From positions 1,612,001 to 1,676,000 of the forward strand of contig NC_027218.1 of the NCBI RefSeq assembly GCF_000981445.1: a stretch of DNA of 64,000 nucleotides, in the 5' to 3' direction. The position numbers and the translations under genes are program-made. The notes beneath the pieces are model-generated. The model ran no database searches. It was not told the DNA's origin and saw only the letters and a program-made list of their open reading frames with translations. Numbering within the stretch: the first letter of the stretch is position 1; the number at the start of each line of letters is the position of its first letter. This document shows positions 48,757 through 58,969 of this stretch, piece by piece. The DNA comes from Babesia bigemina (Eukaryota).

Positions 48757-51700
48757 ATGACGTCGCACGGCGGGGAGCTCCAGTGCCGTAGGGATGTGAA
48801 CCGCCTGGACGAGCACTCGAGCCCCTCCGACTACCTTGCCACCGCCGGCAAGAAGGGGATTCGGGCATCTATCAAGGGGGATCAAATCGCAAGCATCGAC
48901 GACATAGTCGGCCAGCCTGGTGCGGAAGATGCGGCCTTCACGGACACTTCTTTCGCCAGCAGTCTTACGCGTGAGTCGCTCAACGAGCTGCAGATGCAGG
49001 AGGACATGTCGCGTTGCGCCAAGGGGGCCAACAGGACGGGGCAGGGCATGAGGCGCCGGAGCGACATTGACGAGCGGCAGCAGTACACGCTGCTGCACTA
49101 CAGCGTGCCTCAGCAGCTGGAGCTGCTCGACGAGCTGATCCGCAGCCTCGGGCAGTGCTACCCGCGGTGGAAGCACCGGAGGTTCGGTCTGCAGCGTTTC
49201 TACTGCCACATGTTCAACATCCACATGGACCCCATTGCCCGGAGCAACTACGTGCAGCTGTTTTGCAACATCTGGGACGGCTTCGAGAAGACGGGCATCA
49301 ACAGCTGGAGCAGCGGCAACATCTGGCTGCAGCTGCTGACGCACGAGTACCAGGTGCACAGGGCCAAGCCGAACGATTTCATCGTGCAGCGCGAGTACTC
49401 CAACAGCAAGCGCGTGGAGGAGGTGCTGCAGCAGTTGGACGAGATTTCGAGCTGCTTCTGCAACGAGCGTTGCGCGATGGACTTCATGCGGCACTCGTCG
49501 TACTGGGGGCCCACCGCGCAGACCACCGTCACGCATGAGGAGGAGCCGGTCAAGGAGCCCATCAGCGCTTGCTTCGCCAACACCGACAACTTGAAGAAGG
49601 GCCTGCACACCTCTAAGATAAACACGATCGCGAGCTTCTACCAGGAAAGGGGGATCATTCACAACTTCACGCGGCCGTACGAGCACGGCGTGCAGGTCAC
49701 GCCCATGCCGGGGTTCAGGCGGTCGGTGGTGTGCCTGAGCTGCGGCCGCGTGTGCTGGTGCTCCTGCGAGCGTAAGCTGTTCAGGAACTACCGCGAGGAG
49801 AAGGAGCCGGAGGAACCAGACCACGTGTCAGTCGCGACCGAGAGCGGCGAGTCGCAGTCCGAAAATCGCGACCACGAGTACGAAGAGGTCGAGAAGGAGT
49901 GTCGCGAGGCGGAGGCGCCGGAGGAGGACGAGGAGGAGGAGCAGGAGGAAATCACCGACATTCACGAGTTCGTGAACACCCTGCAGAACAAAAAACAATC
50001 GCTACATCCCAACATTGCCAAAACCGCCATCACCGTGTCCAACGCTAGGAAGGTGGACTCCGGCATCATCCTCTGCTACCACACGAACGAAGCAGAGGAG
50101 TATATGAGCGAGCCCGCGTCGCCGTCCGACCTGAAGCAGCAGCTGCTCCGCGCGACGGTGCTCCGAGGGAGCGTCGAGGACATCTTCGACGCGATAAAGC
50201 CGCGCATGGGCGACTTCCAGCTCCCCGAACACACACACGGGATTTTCGAGGAGTGGCGGAAGGTGCCGCTGTACCGGAGCTGGCGGCGGTGCTGGTGGCG
50301 GCTCGTGGGCAAGGGCGCCATGGACACGTCCGACGACGCGGTGCGTCCGTTCGTGCAGCGCGCGCTCGAGCGTCTGGACGCGCTGGGCAACGTGAGGTAC
50401 AACCTGGAGTGCGGCTACGTGGCAGTGGGCTATTTGCAGAAGAGGTCAAGGACGTGCAGCTACTGGAGGCACTTCTACGTCCGCCAGCACGGACTCTGGC
50501 GCGCGTTCACGAAGGCGGCGGAGTACAACCTCATGATCTGCACGCTGCCGCTGGAACTGCAGCTGGACCCCAAGGCCATGAACTGGACCGTCTGCAAGTG
50601 CCACCAGGGTGACATGTATCGCAAAAGCTTTTCCACCGTCAAGAGGGGGCTCGTCCTGGGCTACGCCATGGCGATATCCTGGTACGAGAACCTGCTGCAG
50701 GAGCTCAACGGTGTGGCCACGTCGTTCTCCGACTTCGACGAGGAATCGGATGTCGGGTGTGACGAGTTTGATGAGCAGCACTTCCTCAAGCGGGACCCCG
50801 CCATCTACGAGGGCGTCAACACCGTGGAGCGGGCGTTCCTGTCGGCCAAGAGGCGCAAGATGGTGCTGGCAGGCGATCGCGGCTTCGGCTCCATGGGCAG
50901 GTCAGGGTCGCGAGCCGACAGCGACCTGGTGGACCCCCGCATTATCGCAAGTGCAAAAGAGAAGCTCATGCTCGACCACAACCTCTGGTACGCGGACATC
51001 CAGAACCTGTTCCCGGAGGTGACCCCGGACGGCTTCGTCGATCCGGAGCCTGCGAAGGGCATGACGCTGCGGAATCTCGTGGCGCAGTATTCGGAGCTCA
51101 AGGACTACTTCACCCTGTCCCTGAAACACGTGGACGAGTGCGTGTACACGCTCAAGATGTGCGTGAACAACGCGCTCACCAAGGGCAACATGGACCTGGT
51201 GGAGCCTATACTGCGTCTGAACGACGACAAGAAACTCGCCGACGTGATCCCGCAGGTGCCGATGCAGTGGGTATCGTTCCAGCAGGCCAACGACAGCTGG
51301 ACGTGTGTGCTAGAGTGCCACGCGTGCATAACGTGCGCCCCGCGCGCCTGCACGAAGCAGAACTGCACCAAGTTCCAGAACGGCAAGGAGGTGATAGAGC
51401 TGCTCCGCAAGAAGTTCGGCCCGTGCTCAGTCGAGTTCACCCGCAACCCGTTTCAGGCTAACGAGGGCGAGTCCGCAGAGCCCGCCCCCGAAGCCGACGA
51501 GTGCTGCGTCGTCGGCTTTTCGGCGCAGAAGTTCGGTTTCAACGGCGCGAAGGCGCTGGCGACGGAGTTCCGGAAAAGGTTCATCCAGATCGTGTTTTCA
51601 TCGATGAAGTACGACGGCAGCTTCTCCGACGCCCTGCTCGGCATGATCGCGGAAGAGATCGGCCTGCTGACGTCCACCGACGCGTACATCCTGCCTAACA

Positions 51701-52395
51701 AGGCCAACGAAGAGCAGCGCCAAAACCTCATAGAGTCGCTCACCTGCGGCGTGTGCTCCACCTTCGGCGACCGCATGCAACACCGCAACGGCACCGTGCT
51801 GCTGAAGCAGCTGGTGAAGTCCAGCGTGCCAGGCAAGCGTCTGTCCGAGGTGTTCGCGCTCGAGCAGATGGCCGAGGCGATTCTGCTGGATTTCAAGCTC
51901 GACATTAAGTTCTGCCCCGTTCACATGGCGTGGGTGGTGTGGTGGCTCGACTGTATGCAGCAGAAGCGGGTGATGTTCTACCGCGTGGAGGACCTCATCA
52001 GCGTGAACAGCCTGGAGGAGGCGCTCGCCGAGCTCGAGAAGCACTGGATGGACGCCGTGTCTGCGCACGTGGAATACACGGTCGGACACGCCGCCGAGCG
52101 CTGCCAGCTGACCATCACGTACCGGTTCGAGGAGGCGTTCCACCACCTCACCGGGCTGCAAAAGAACCTGTACGACGCGTTTCACACCGCGTTCGCCATG
52201 GCACTGCGCGCCATCACGGACTCCAGGCAGGAGTTCAAGCTCATAAAGCGTCTTTGGCAGATCAACAAAAACGAGCCGGAGGACCTGGTGGCGCAGGACG
52301 TGAACGCGCAGTCGTTCGCGCTCACCGAGACCGTCGTTTTCCCCTTTGGCGCGTTACACGACGAGGGCACACCGCCGCTCTCCGACGCAGAGTAA
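48757..52395 (+). CDS. Large protein with divergent AP2-like domains (candidate ApiAP2 factor)
   Basis: Long intronless ORF (first ATG 48757; the track starts at GTG 48484). FSAQKFGFNGAKALATEFRK matches the AP2 beta3-helix signature, and two weaker AP2-like segments are present. Confidence 0.65.
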   Translation: MTSHGGELQCRRDVNRLDEHSSPSDYLATAGKKGIRASIKGDQIASIDDIVGQPGAEDAAFTDTSFASSLTRESLNELQMQEDMSRCAKGANRTGQGMRRRSDIDERQQYTLLHYSVPQQLELLDELIRSLGQCYPRWKHRRFGLQRFYCHMFNIHMDPIARSNYVQLFCNIWDGFEKTGINSWSSGNIWLQLLTHEYQVHRAKPNDFIVQREYSNSKRVEEVLQQLDEISSCFCNERCAMDFMRHSSYWGPTAQTTVTHEEEPVKEPISACFANTDNLKKGLHTSKINTIASFYQERGIIHNFTRPYEHGVQVTPMPGFRRSVVCLSCGRVCWCSCERKLFRNYREEKEPEEPDHVSVATESGESQSENRDHEYEEVEKECREAEAPEEDEEEEQEEITDIHEFVNTLQNKKQSLHPNIAKTAITVSNARKVDSGIILCYHTNEAEEYMSEPASPSDLKQQLLRATVLRGSVEDIFDAIKPRMGDFQLPEHTHGIFEEWRKVPLYRSWRRCWWRLVGKGAMDTSDDAVRPFVQRALERLDALGNVRYNLECGYVAVGYLQKRSRTCSYWRHFYVRQHGLWRAFTKAAEYNLMICTLPLELQLDPKAMNWTVCKCHQGDMYRKSFSTVKRGLVLGYAMAISWYENLLQELNGVATSFSDFDEESDVGCDEFDEQHFLKRDPAIYEGVNTVERAFLSAKRRKMVLAGDRGFGSMGRSGSRADSDLVDPRIIASAKEKLMLDHNLWYADIQNLFPEVTPDGFVDPEPAKGMTLRNLVAQYSELKDYFTLSLKHVDECVYTLKMCVNNALTKGNMDLVEPILRLNDDKKLADVIPQVPMQWVSFQQANDSWTCVLECHACITCAPRACTKQNCTKFQNGKEVIELLRKKFGPCSVEFTRNPFQANEGESAEPAPEADECCVVGFSAQKFGFNGAKALATEFRKRFIQIVFSSMKYDGSFSDALLGMIAEEIGLLTSTDAYILPNKANEEQRQNLIESLTCGVCSTFGDRMQHRNGTVLLKQLVKSSVPGKRLSEVFALEQMAEAILLDFKLDIKFCPVHMAWVVWWLDCMQQKRVMFYRVEDLISVNSLEEALAELEKHWMDAVSAHVEYTVGHAAERCQLTITYRFEEAFHHLTGLQKNLYDAFHTAFAMALRAITDSRQEFKLIKRLWQINKNEPEDLVAQDVNAQSFALTETVVFPFGALHDEGTPPLSDAE

Positions 52396-52476
52396 CACGT
52401 GCTTAATCGTAAAACCTTACTTGACGCGTGCACACCAGCGCTACCGCAGTGCAGCCACAATTGTCGCATCTCCGGA

Positions 52477-53649
52477 ATGGCGGCCGAGCAGATGACGCCG
52501 TACGAGTCGCGGCAAATGCGCCGGCGGCGGTGCCGGCTCATGTGCCTCTACGGCTGCCTCCACGCATGGTAAGCGCGCCCTCGACACACCTCGAAATTCT
52601 CGCGCAGCCGATTGAGGGACCTGGTGATCAACAACGTGGCGTTTAAGCCGCCATCTAGGCGCGGATACGCCATAGACAAGTACGGAACGTTCCTTCTGAA
52701 GAAGGGCCACGGACCGCATACCGGCGTGAGCAGCACGCTAGGGCTGTACGGGATCGACCTGTTCCACACCTTCCTCCGGGGGGCGCGCAACCAGCGCATA
52801 TCCGTGATCGTTATGCGCCACCGGCCCCGTTCCGGCGACGAGGAGGAGGACGACGAGCCGCGCGTGAGGGAGGACCGGGAGCTCATCGTGTTCAGCCACG
52901 GCAACAGCACCGACATCGGCTACATGTTCACCGCGTACGTCAACCTGTGCAAGGTGCACGACGTCGACCTGCTCGCGTACGACTACAGCGGGTACGGGCT
53001 GTCGGACGGCAGCCCCGGCGAGCGCGTCATTTACGAGAACATCGAGGCCGTGTACGAGTACGCGCGGCGGAAGCTGAAGGTGCTGCCCGAGCACATCGTG
53101 CTCTACGGCAACTCGCTGGGCTCCGCGCCGTCGTGCTACCTCGCCAGCATGCCGGAGAAATACCCGATCGGAGGGCTGGTGCTCGACGCGCCCCTGGCCT
53201 CCGCAATCCGGCTGCAGGTGGGCCACGTCGCCTACACCCCCAAGTTCGACGCCTTCACGAACGTGGAGTACCTCAAGACCAAGAGCCTGTACCCGACGCT
53301 GATCATCCACGGCACTGTGGACAGCGTCATTCCGGTGCAGCAGGCGCGTGAGCTGGCGTTTGTCGTGGAGGTCCGTCACGCCGAGCTCATGCAGAAGCAG
53401 GACGAGCAGGTCACGGACCTCACAGAATCCGACGACGCCGGCCGCCTGAGCCCCAGCGACTACGGCAAGCGCGGGTACATCGAGCTGACACGAACTCCCG
53501 AGGACTACCTCCGCACGTGGTGGGTGCCGGGAGCGGGCCACAACAACATACAAGTCGACAACATGACGACGTACAATCGCAACTTGGATATCTTTTTCAA
53601 AATATGCAGGAGATGGAGAAACGACAGAAAACTTAAGATGCAGCGTTAG
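52477..53649 (+). CDS. ABHD17-like alpha/beta hydrolase (putative depalmitoylase), 2 exons
   Basis: AFKPP, FSHGNSTDIG, YDYSGYG, nucleophile GNSLG, IIHGTVDSVI, GAGHNNI; first exon 52477-52568. Confidence 0.88.
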
Positions 53650-53935
53650 ATTCCGCGCCTTCCACTACTCGGAGGCCGGCGAGCGACTTGCGATACTTGA
53701 TGACAGCACACGCCAGCATGGCAACCACGTGTAGCTGCAAACTATATTCATCAAATGCATTGTAACCCACCGCGGCGGTAACATACGACGCGATCTCCTT
53801 TGTGCGCCTGTTTTCGGCTGCGACGCCGGAGATGTCGGCGGGGCTTGCGATGACGCGACCCAGCATCACCAGCACGAAGGCCAGCCAGGCCGACATGACC
53901 ATGTAATGAACCAGATATTTCTCCAGCCACTGCAT
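53633..53935 (-). CDS. Small two-TM hypothetical protein (100 aa)
   Basis: ATG-started ORF with two hydrophobic segments that fills the gap between the hydrolase and PGM; no family recognised. Confidence 0.5.
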   Translation of the reverse strand: MQWLEKYLVHYMVMSAWLAFVLVMLGRVIASPADISGVAAENRRTKEIASYVTAAVGYNAFDEYSLQLHVVAMLACAVIKYRKSLAGLRVVEGAESNAAS

Positions 53936-54052
53936 GGTGTAAATGTGAGTGATCGCCTAAACAGATCCGCCCGCCCAACGCGCACGAGCCACGGGTGGCA
54001 TGGCCATGGAAAAAATCTAAAGAGAGTTGTGCAACATATATGGGTCGAAAGT

Positions 54053-55269
54053 TTACTTCTTGAGGACCTGGTTAGCGATCTCGGCCATCTTCGCCTGCAA
54101 GCGCGTGATTCACGTGGGATTCCAACACACCTTAAGCTCCTCCTCAGACATCAAGAACTTCTTGTCCACCAGTTTCATGTCGCAAGAGAAGTTGTAGACG
54201 ATGGGCACGCCGTGGGGGATGTTGATCTTGGTGATCTCCTCGTCGGTGATGTTCTCAATGACCTTCATAAGCGCGCGGATGGTGTTGCCGTGAGCTGCAA
54301 CGGCGTTAGACGACGCTTTGGCCGACAACGAATCACACAGTAACCGCACAATCACACAAAATGCAAATGAGTGGAGCGTCCCAGGTTCCGACGGACCAGA
54401 TATAACCGCAGAAGCGCCACGACATCACCGGCGTTGTCGATGTGTCGTGCTGCGCCGGCCATCCCGCCCTGCAGATGTCACCGGGCGACGGGTTCAGTAG
54501 CCGCCATCAAAGCTCGAAATTAGCAGGGCAGCACTCACGGCAAAGCAGAGCACCTCGTCTGGGTTGCGTCGGCTGGTCCGGTCCACCGGGCTCTGGAGAC
54601 AGGCCACGAACAAAACGACACACACTCACGCACATAATAGCGCTTGCAACGTACCTACAACCAAGACGGGTTCTCCGGCCTTCATCTGCGGGATGATGGT
54701 CTCGTTCCAGTAAGGAAGGACACGCTTCTGGCACATCTCGAGGCTCTCGCCGTTGGGGATCTCGTCGCGGGGGATGTCGGCGTACATCGGGTCGTTGCCG
54801 GGGTAGAACTCGCTGTCAAGGGCGCAGGATGGCGGCGGGGTGTTGTAGGAGCGCCTCCAGATGTTGACCTTGTCCAGGGTGAACTTCTCGACGGTCTCGG
54901 CCTTGTTGAGTCCCTGGAGGGCACCGTAGTGGCGCTCGTTCAGACGCCAGTTGCGGAAGGTGGGAATTTCGCTCTGGCCCAGGACCTCCATGATGATCTC
55001 GGCGGTGACGATGGCGCGCTTCAGCACAGAGGTGAAGAGTGTGCCGAACTTGTAGTTGGCTTCCTTGAGGATCTTGCCGCATTCCCTGCGAACCCCGTGA
55101 TAGACGCGGCATTCCTCCACTCACCTAGCCTCGTTCTTGCCGGTTTCGGTCAAGGCCTTGTCGGCCCAGCCGCAGAAACGGTTGGCGAGGTTCCACTCGC
55201 TCTCGCCTGACAACGGTCACAAACGCAAGGGTACCACGTACCGTGGCGGACGAAGACAACGGTGTACAT
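54053..55269 (-). CDS. Cofactor-dependent phosphoglycerate mutase (dPGM), 5 exons
   Basis: [56 protein letters not shown]; three short introns and one 360-nt intron (54295-54654). Confidence 0.96.
54371..54607 (-). ncRNA. Candidate structured intronic RNA element, family unknown
   Basis: Nested long-range complementary segments plus internal hairpins; G-U pairs work on the minus (pre-mRNA) strand. Confidence 0.5.
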
Positions 55270-55855
55270 CTTGTTATAAGCGCAAATTCCAGTTGGTACT
55301 GTGTGAAATGCAAAGGCCAACAAGCGGGAAATGACGAGCGGTCCCTCCGTGGGAGGGGCGTAGCCGCCGGAGGCAACACTATTGGGCGTTAACTCGGCCG
55401 TCGCATTTCAAAACTGCGGCCGGTAAAATTTGGCCTTCGCGTTGCAATAGGTGTGCCGATGCCACCGCGTCATCGAGTGTATACTATACTCCCCTATGCA
55501 TGGAGCGGGAATTGAGCTGGCCTTTTGCGACTCGAAAAACGCCGCCTCCGCAAACTGTAACACACCGGGGCTTCGGGAGGGAACTGGATTTGCTGTGAAG
55601 GGCGGCGTGGCATCCTAAGCCGTGCTCGAGGTCATACACTCCCCGGGCGGGCGTCACGCCTCGGCTCAGCAGGACACAGAGCGTCCATACACACGTATGG
55701 GCAGCCTGACGAGCACTGTTGAGAGGCTGCGCGGGTGTAAACGCAATTGACAAGTTTTCCGCGGGTCTCCTTGGATGTGCGCCACGCGGCGTGCTGCTAC
55801 GATACGCTGACGACAACCGCGCAAAGTCGCCCGGAGGCAGCGCGACACGGGCACC

Positions 55856-56994
55856 ATGTTCGACTTTCTGAAAAGGTGGCGCAAGCCCGCCGAAACCCAG
55901 CAGCCGCGGGGCCTTCGGCGGACTGCCTCGCTCAGGCGGATCAACCAGTCCTTTCTCAAGATAAGGGAGATCGACACCGACGACGAGGGCGATGTGCGGA
56001 AGCTGCTGTTCGACCACTTCAGGTCGCTCACCATCCCGGCCATGGTGTACTGGGTCGTGCAGCACGTGCACGACCTGGTGGCCATCATCGTGATCATGGC
56101 CTTCCTGCTGCCGATAAAGAGCCTGCTGTATTTCTGCGTGTGCTTCCTCGTGTACCTGTACATCCGCGCGCGTGTCGAGATTGAGAGGCACATCAGGTGG
56201 TGCTGCCCTGACCTCGAGTCGGTTTTCGACACCTATCGCACGACCGAGGGATCCAACTTTTGGGTGGGCTACTTCTCCAAGCACGAGGAGCTGGGCACCG
56301 CGACGGAGTCCAACACGGAGGCCGCGGCAACGCCGGTGTACACGCGGGCTGAGGGGGGCGGCGACGACAACAACGAGGAGAGGGAGCCCGCCCTCAGCGG
56401 CAGGACGGAGCCAGACACCGACGCGAGCGGCACGCAGCCCGCCGGGGAGGGCAGCGCTGCGCGCCACGACTCCGTTCCGTTGAAAGCGCCGGAGTCCGAG
56501 AGCCAGCCGCAGCTCAGGCTCAAGAGGTACAATACCATGTCGGAGTCGTCCGTGGTTCTGAAGGACGTGCTGATGCCCAACTGCAAGGAGAATGAGATCC
56601 TGGGCTGCGTGGGCATAACGCCGTATCGGAACAAGTCCACGGTGGCGCAGATGGTCAGGCTGGTGGTGAGCAAGAAGTGCAGGAACATGAAGGTCGGCAG
56701 CAAGCTGCTCAACCACCTGGAGACCTTCGCCATGGATTTCGGTTACACCGAAATCAGGGTCTACACGAACAACCTCAACACTGCGTACCTGCAGTTCCTC
56801 AAACAGAACGGGTTCGTCATTCAGCAGATTGTGCGCCGGGGGTTCATGCGCGGCGACCTCATCATCTGGAACAAAACGCTGTCTCAGCCGAACGACCTCC
56901 TCGTGACAGGTACGTCGCGGATTTCGCAACGGCTCATTTGCACACAGAAATGCCGCTGCTCAGGAAGGTGGACGCGAGTTTCATCCCGGAGTGA
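55856..56994 (+). CDS. Membrane-anchored GNAT N-acetyltransferase (NAT8/camello-like), 2 exons
   Basis: N-terminal IREI...DEGDVRKL, a hydrophobic hairpin, ILGCVGI, motif A RLVVSKKCRNMKVGSKLL; intron 56910-56948, then stop at 56994. Confidence 0.8.
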
Positions 56995-57141
56995 GCCACA
57001 TCGCAACATTTTCACCGGATCCCCGCGTCGAGCTGCCGCAGCGCGAACACCGCGGCGCCGAATTTGCGGTCGCGTCGGGGCGCCGCGTAACACAACACTA
57101 AAATTTTCTAGCGACAAGCATGATAACACACACGTAGTAAC

Positions 57142-58947
57142 ATGGAAAGCGGTGTCCGAAAGACGCGGATACCTTGTCGAGGCAGAGTCCTTTTCATCGC
57201 AATCTGGTGTTTGGCGCGGGTGTCGCTCGTCGGCGCGAAGGACTACTACCGCCTGCTGGGTGTCTCGAGGAACGCCACCGATGCCGAGATCGCCAAGGCG
57301 TACCGCCTCAAGGCCAAGCAGCTACACCCCGATGTCGCGCCCGGGAAGGAGGAGGAGTTCAAGGACATCAACACCGCCTACGAGGTGCTCAAGGACGCCG
57401 AGAAGCGCCAGCTGTACGACACGTACGGCGAGGCTGGGCTGAACGGCGGGGGCGCGCAGACCCAGGGTCACCAGGGCTACGACTTCTTCCGGCAGGGCGG
57501 CCACGGCCACCACGGGAAGCACTCGGGCTTCACGTTTGACATGAACGGCGGTTTTTTCGAGGACATCTTCGAGAACTTCGCTTTCGGCGGCGGCAGGCAG
57601 CACTACGGCGGGTCGCATGGCCACCACGGTTGGTTCGACAAAGGGGCTGTAACACGCTTGCAGGTGGAAGGGGCGCCGGCGGCGGCGGGGGCCAGCGCAT
57701 GTTCAAAGGGACTCTGGTGGAGGACGTGGACGCCGCCGGGTTCAAAGCCAGCATGTCTACCATCCGCACCTTGAACCTGTACGTGTTCTACATGGACGAC
57801 TGCCCCCACTGCAGGGACGCGAAGCAACCCATCTCCGATTTCGCGACCAAGTTCCAGGGCGCCATCCGCGTCTACGCCGTCAACTGCAATAGGCACAACG
57901 ACGTTTGCGTGAGGAACCGGGTGGAAAAGGTGCCGCAGATCGTGGCGTTCGCCGAGCCGAACAAGCCGGTGTTCTACGACAAGCGTACCTACGCCGAGCA
58001 GCTGGACGCGTTCGTCAGCCAGGCGCTGCCCGCCGAATTCACTATAATCACGAACAGGATGGATCTCGACGAGTTCGTGTTCCAGGAGAGCAAGTTGCTC
58101 AAGGTGGTGGCCATCATCAAGAGGGGCGTGTACCTCACCAAACTGAAGGCGCTGGCCAAGGACCTCAGGGACAAGGTGACCTTCGCGTTCATTCGCGGCA
58201 GCAACAAGGAGATGGTGCAGGTGTTCGGCACCAGGGGCGCGACAACAACGGGCGTGCTCATTCCTGTGGAAGACCCGGAGACGCTCACCGGTGAGTTCGG
58301 CGTCGCGTGCTCACGACCCCTAACTCCGCGCGCAGGCAAAACCATAGACATGGGCGCTTTGGGTTACCACGATGTAGTGCTAAGGCTGAACCTCGCCCAG
58401 TTCGAGGCCAAACGGAGCCAGGGCGTGCACGGCAACGACACGAATTACTCGCAGCTCACCGCGCGCAAAATGGCGAACGGCGAGTGCACTGCCAGCGACA
58501 ACCAGTTCTGCTTCGTCTTCGTGAAGTACGGCAAGAGCAGCGAGGATGAGATACACGAGGCGCTGCGGGGTCTCGCCAGAAAGTACGGCAACGACCCGAT
58601 CAAGGTCAGATTCGTGAACGCGCAGGAAGAGGTAAGGCGGCAGTAGCGCCACCGGTGATTCATGACGCCACAGGCGCGATTCGTCGAGGCTTTCGGGATG
58701 TCGCCGTCGTGTCCGTTCTACCAGAACTGTGCGAAGCTGGTCGCATACAGGGGTAAACGCAGGAAGTACGAGGTGGGTGTGAAACGCGCCAAGAGGCTCG
58801 CATCCGACGCAGATTTTGGACGGCGGACTGACCGTGGAGAACGTGGAGCAGTTCATCAACAACGTCATCTCAGGCGCGCTGACACTCAAACAGACGCTTA
58901 CACACGTGCCTACGGTCAACGACCCGAACCAGCACGACGAACTCTAA
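57142..58947 (+). CDS. ER DnaJ protein with thioredoxin-like domains and C-terminal HDEL, 5 exons
   Basis: Signal peptide, J-domain [15 protein letters not shown]-rich region, CPHC motif; ends ..NQHDEL-stop. Confidence 0.9.
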
Positions 58948-58969
58948 ACACACTTAATACTTCTCAAAT

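Noticed and set aside
54490..54497. CUGAACCC as a telomerase RNA template within the PGM intron
   Set aside because: Only 8 nt, barely over one repeat with almost no alignment region; expected by chance.
55700..55745. CTGACGA hammerhead-like core inside a GCAGCCT/AGGCTGC hairpin
   Set aside because: No GAAA after a stem II and no three-way junction.
55856..57442. 528-aa GNAT ORF running into the DnaJ gene (apparent fusion)
   Set aside because: Artefact of reading through the 56910-56948 intron; the spliced GNAT stops at 56994 and the extension is out of frame with DnaJ.
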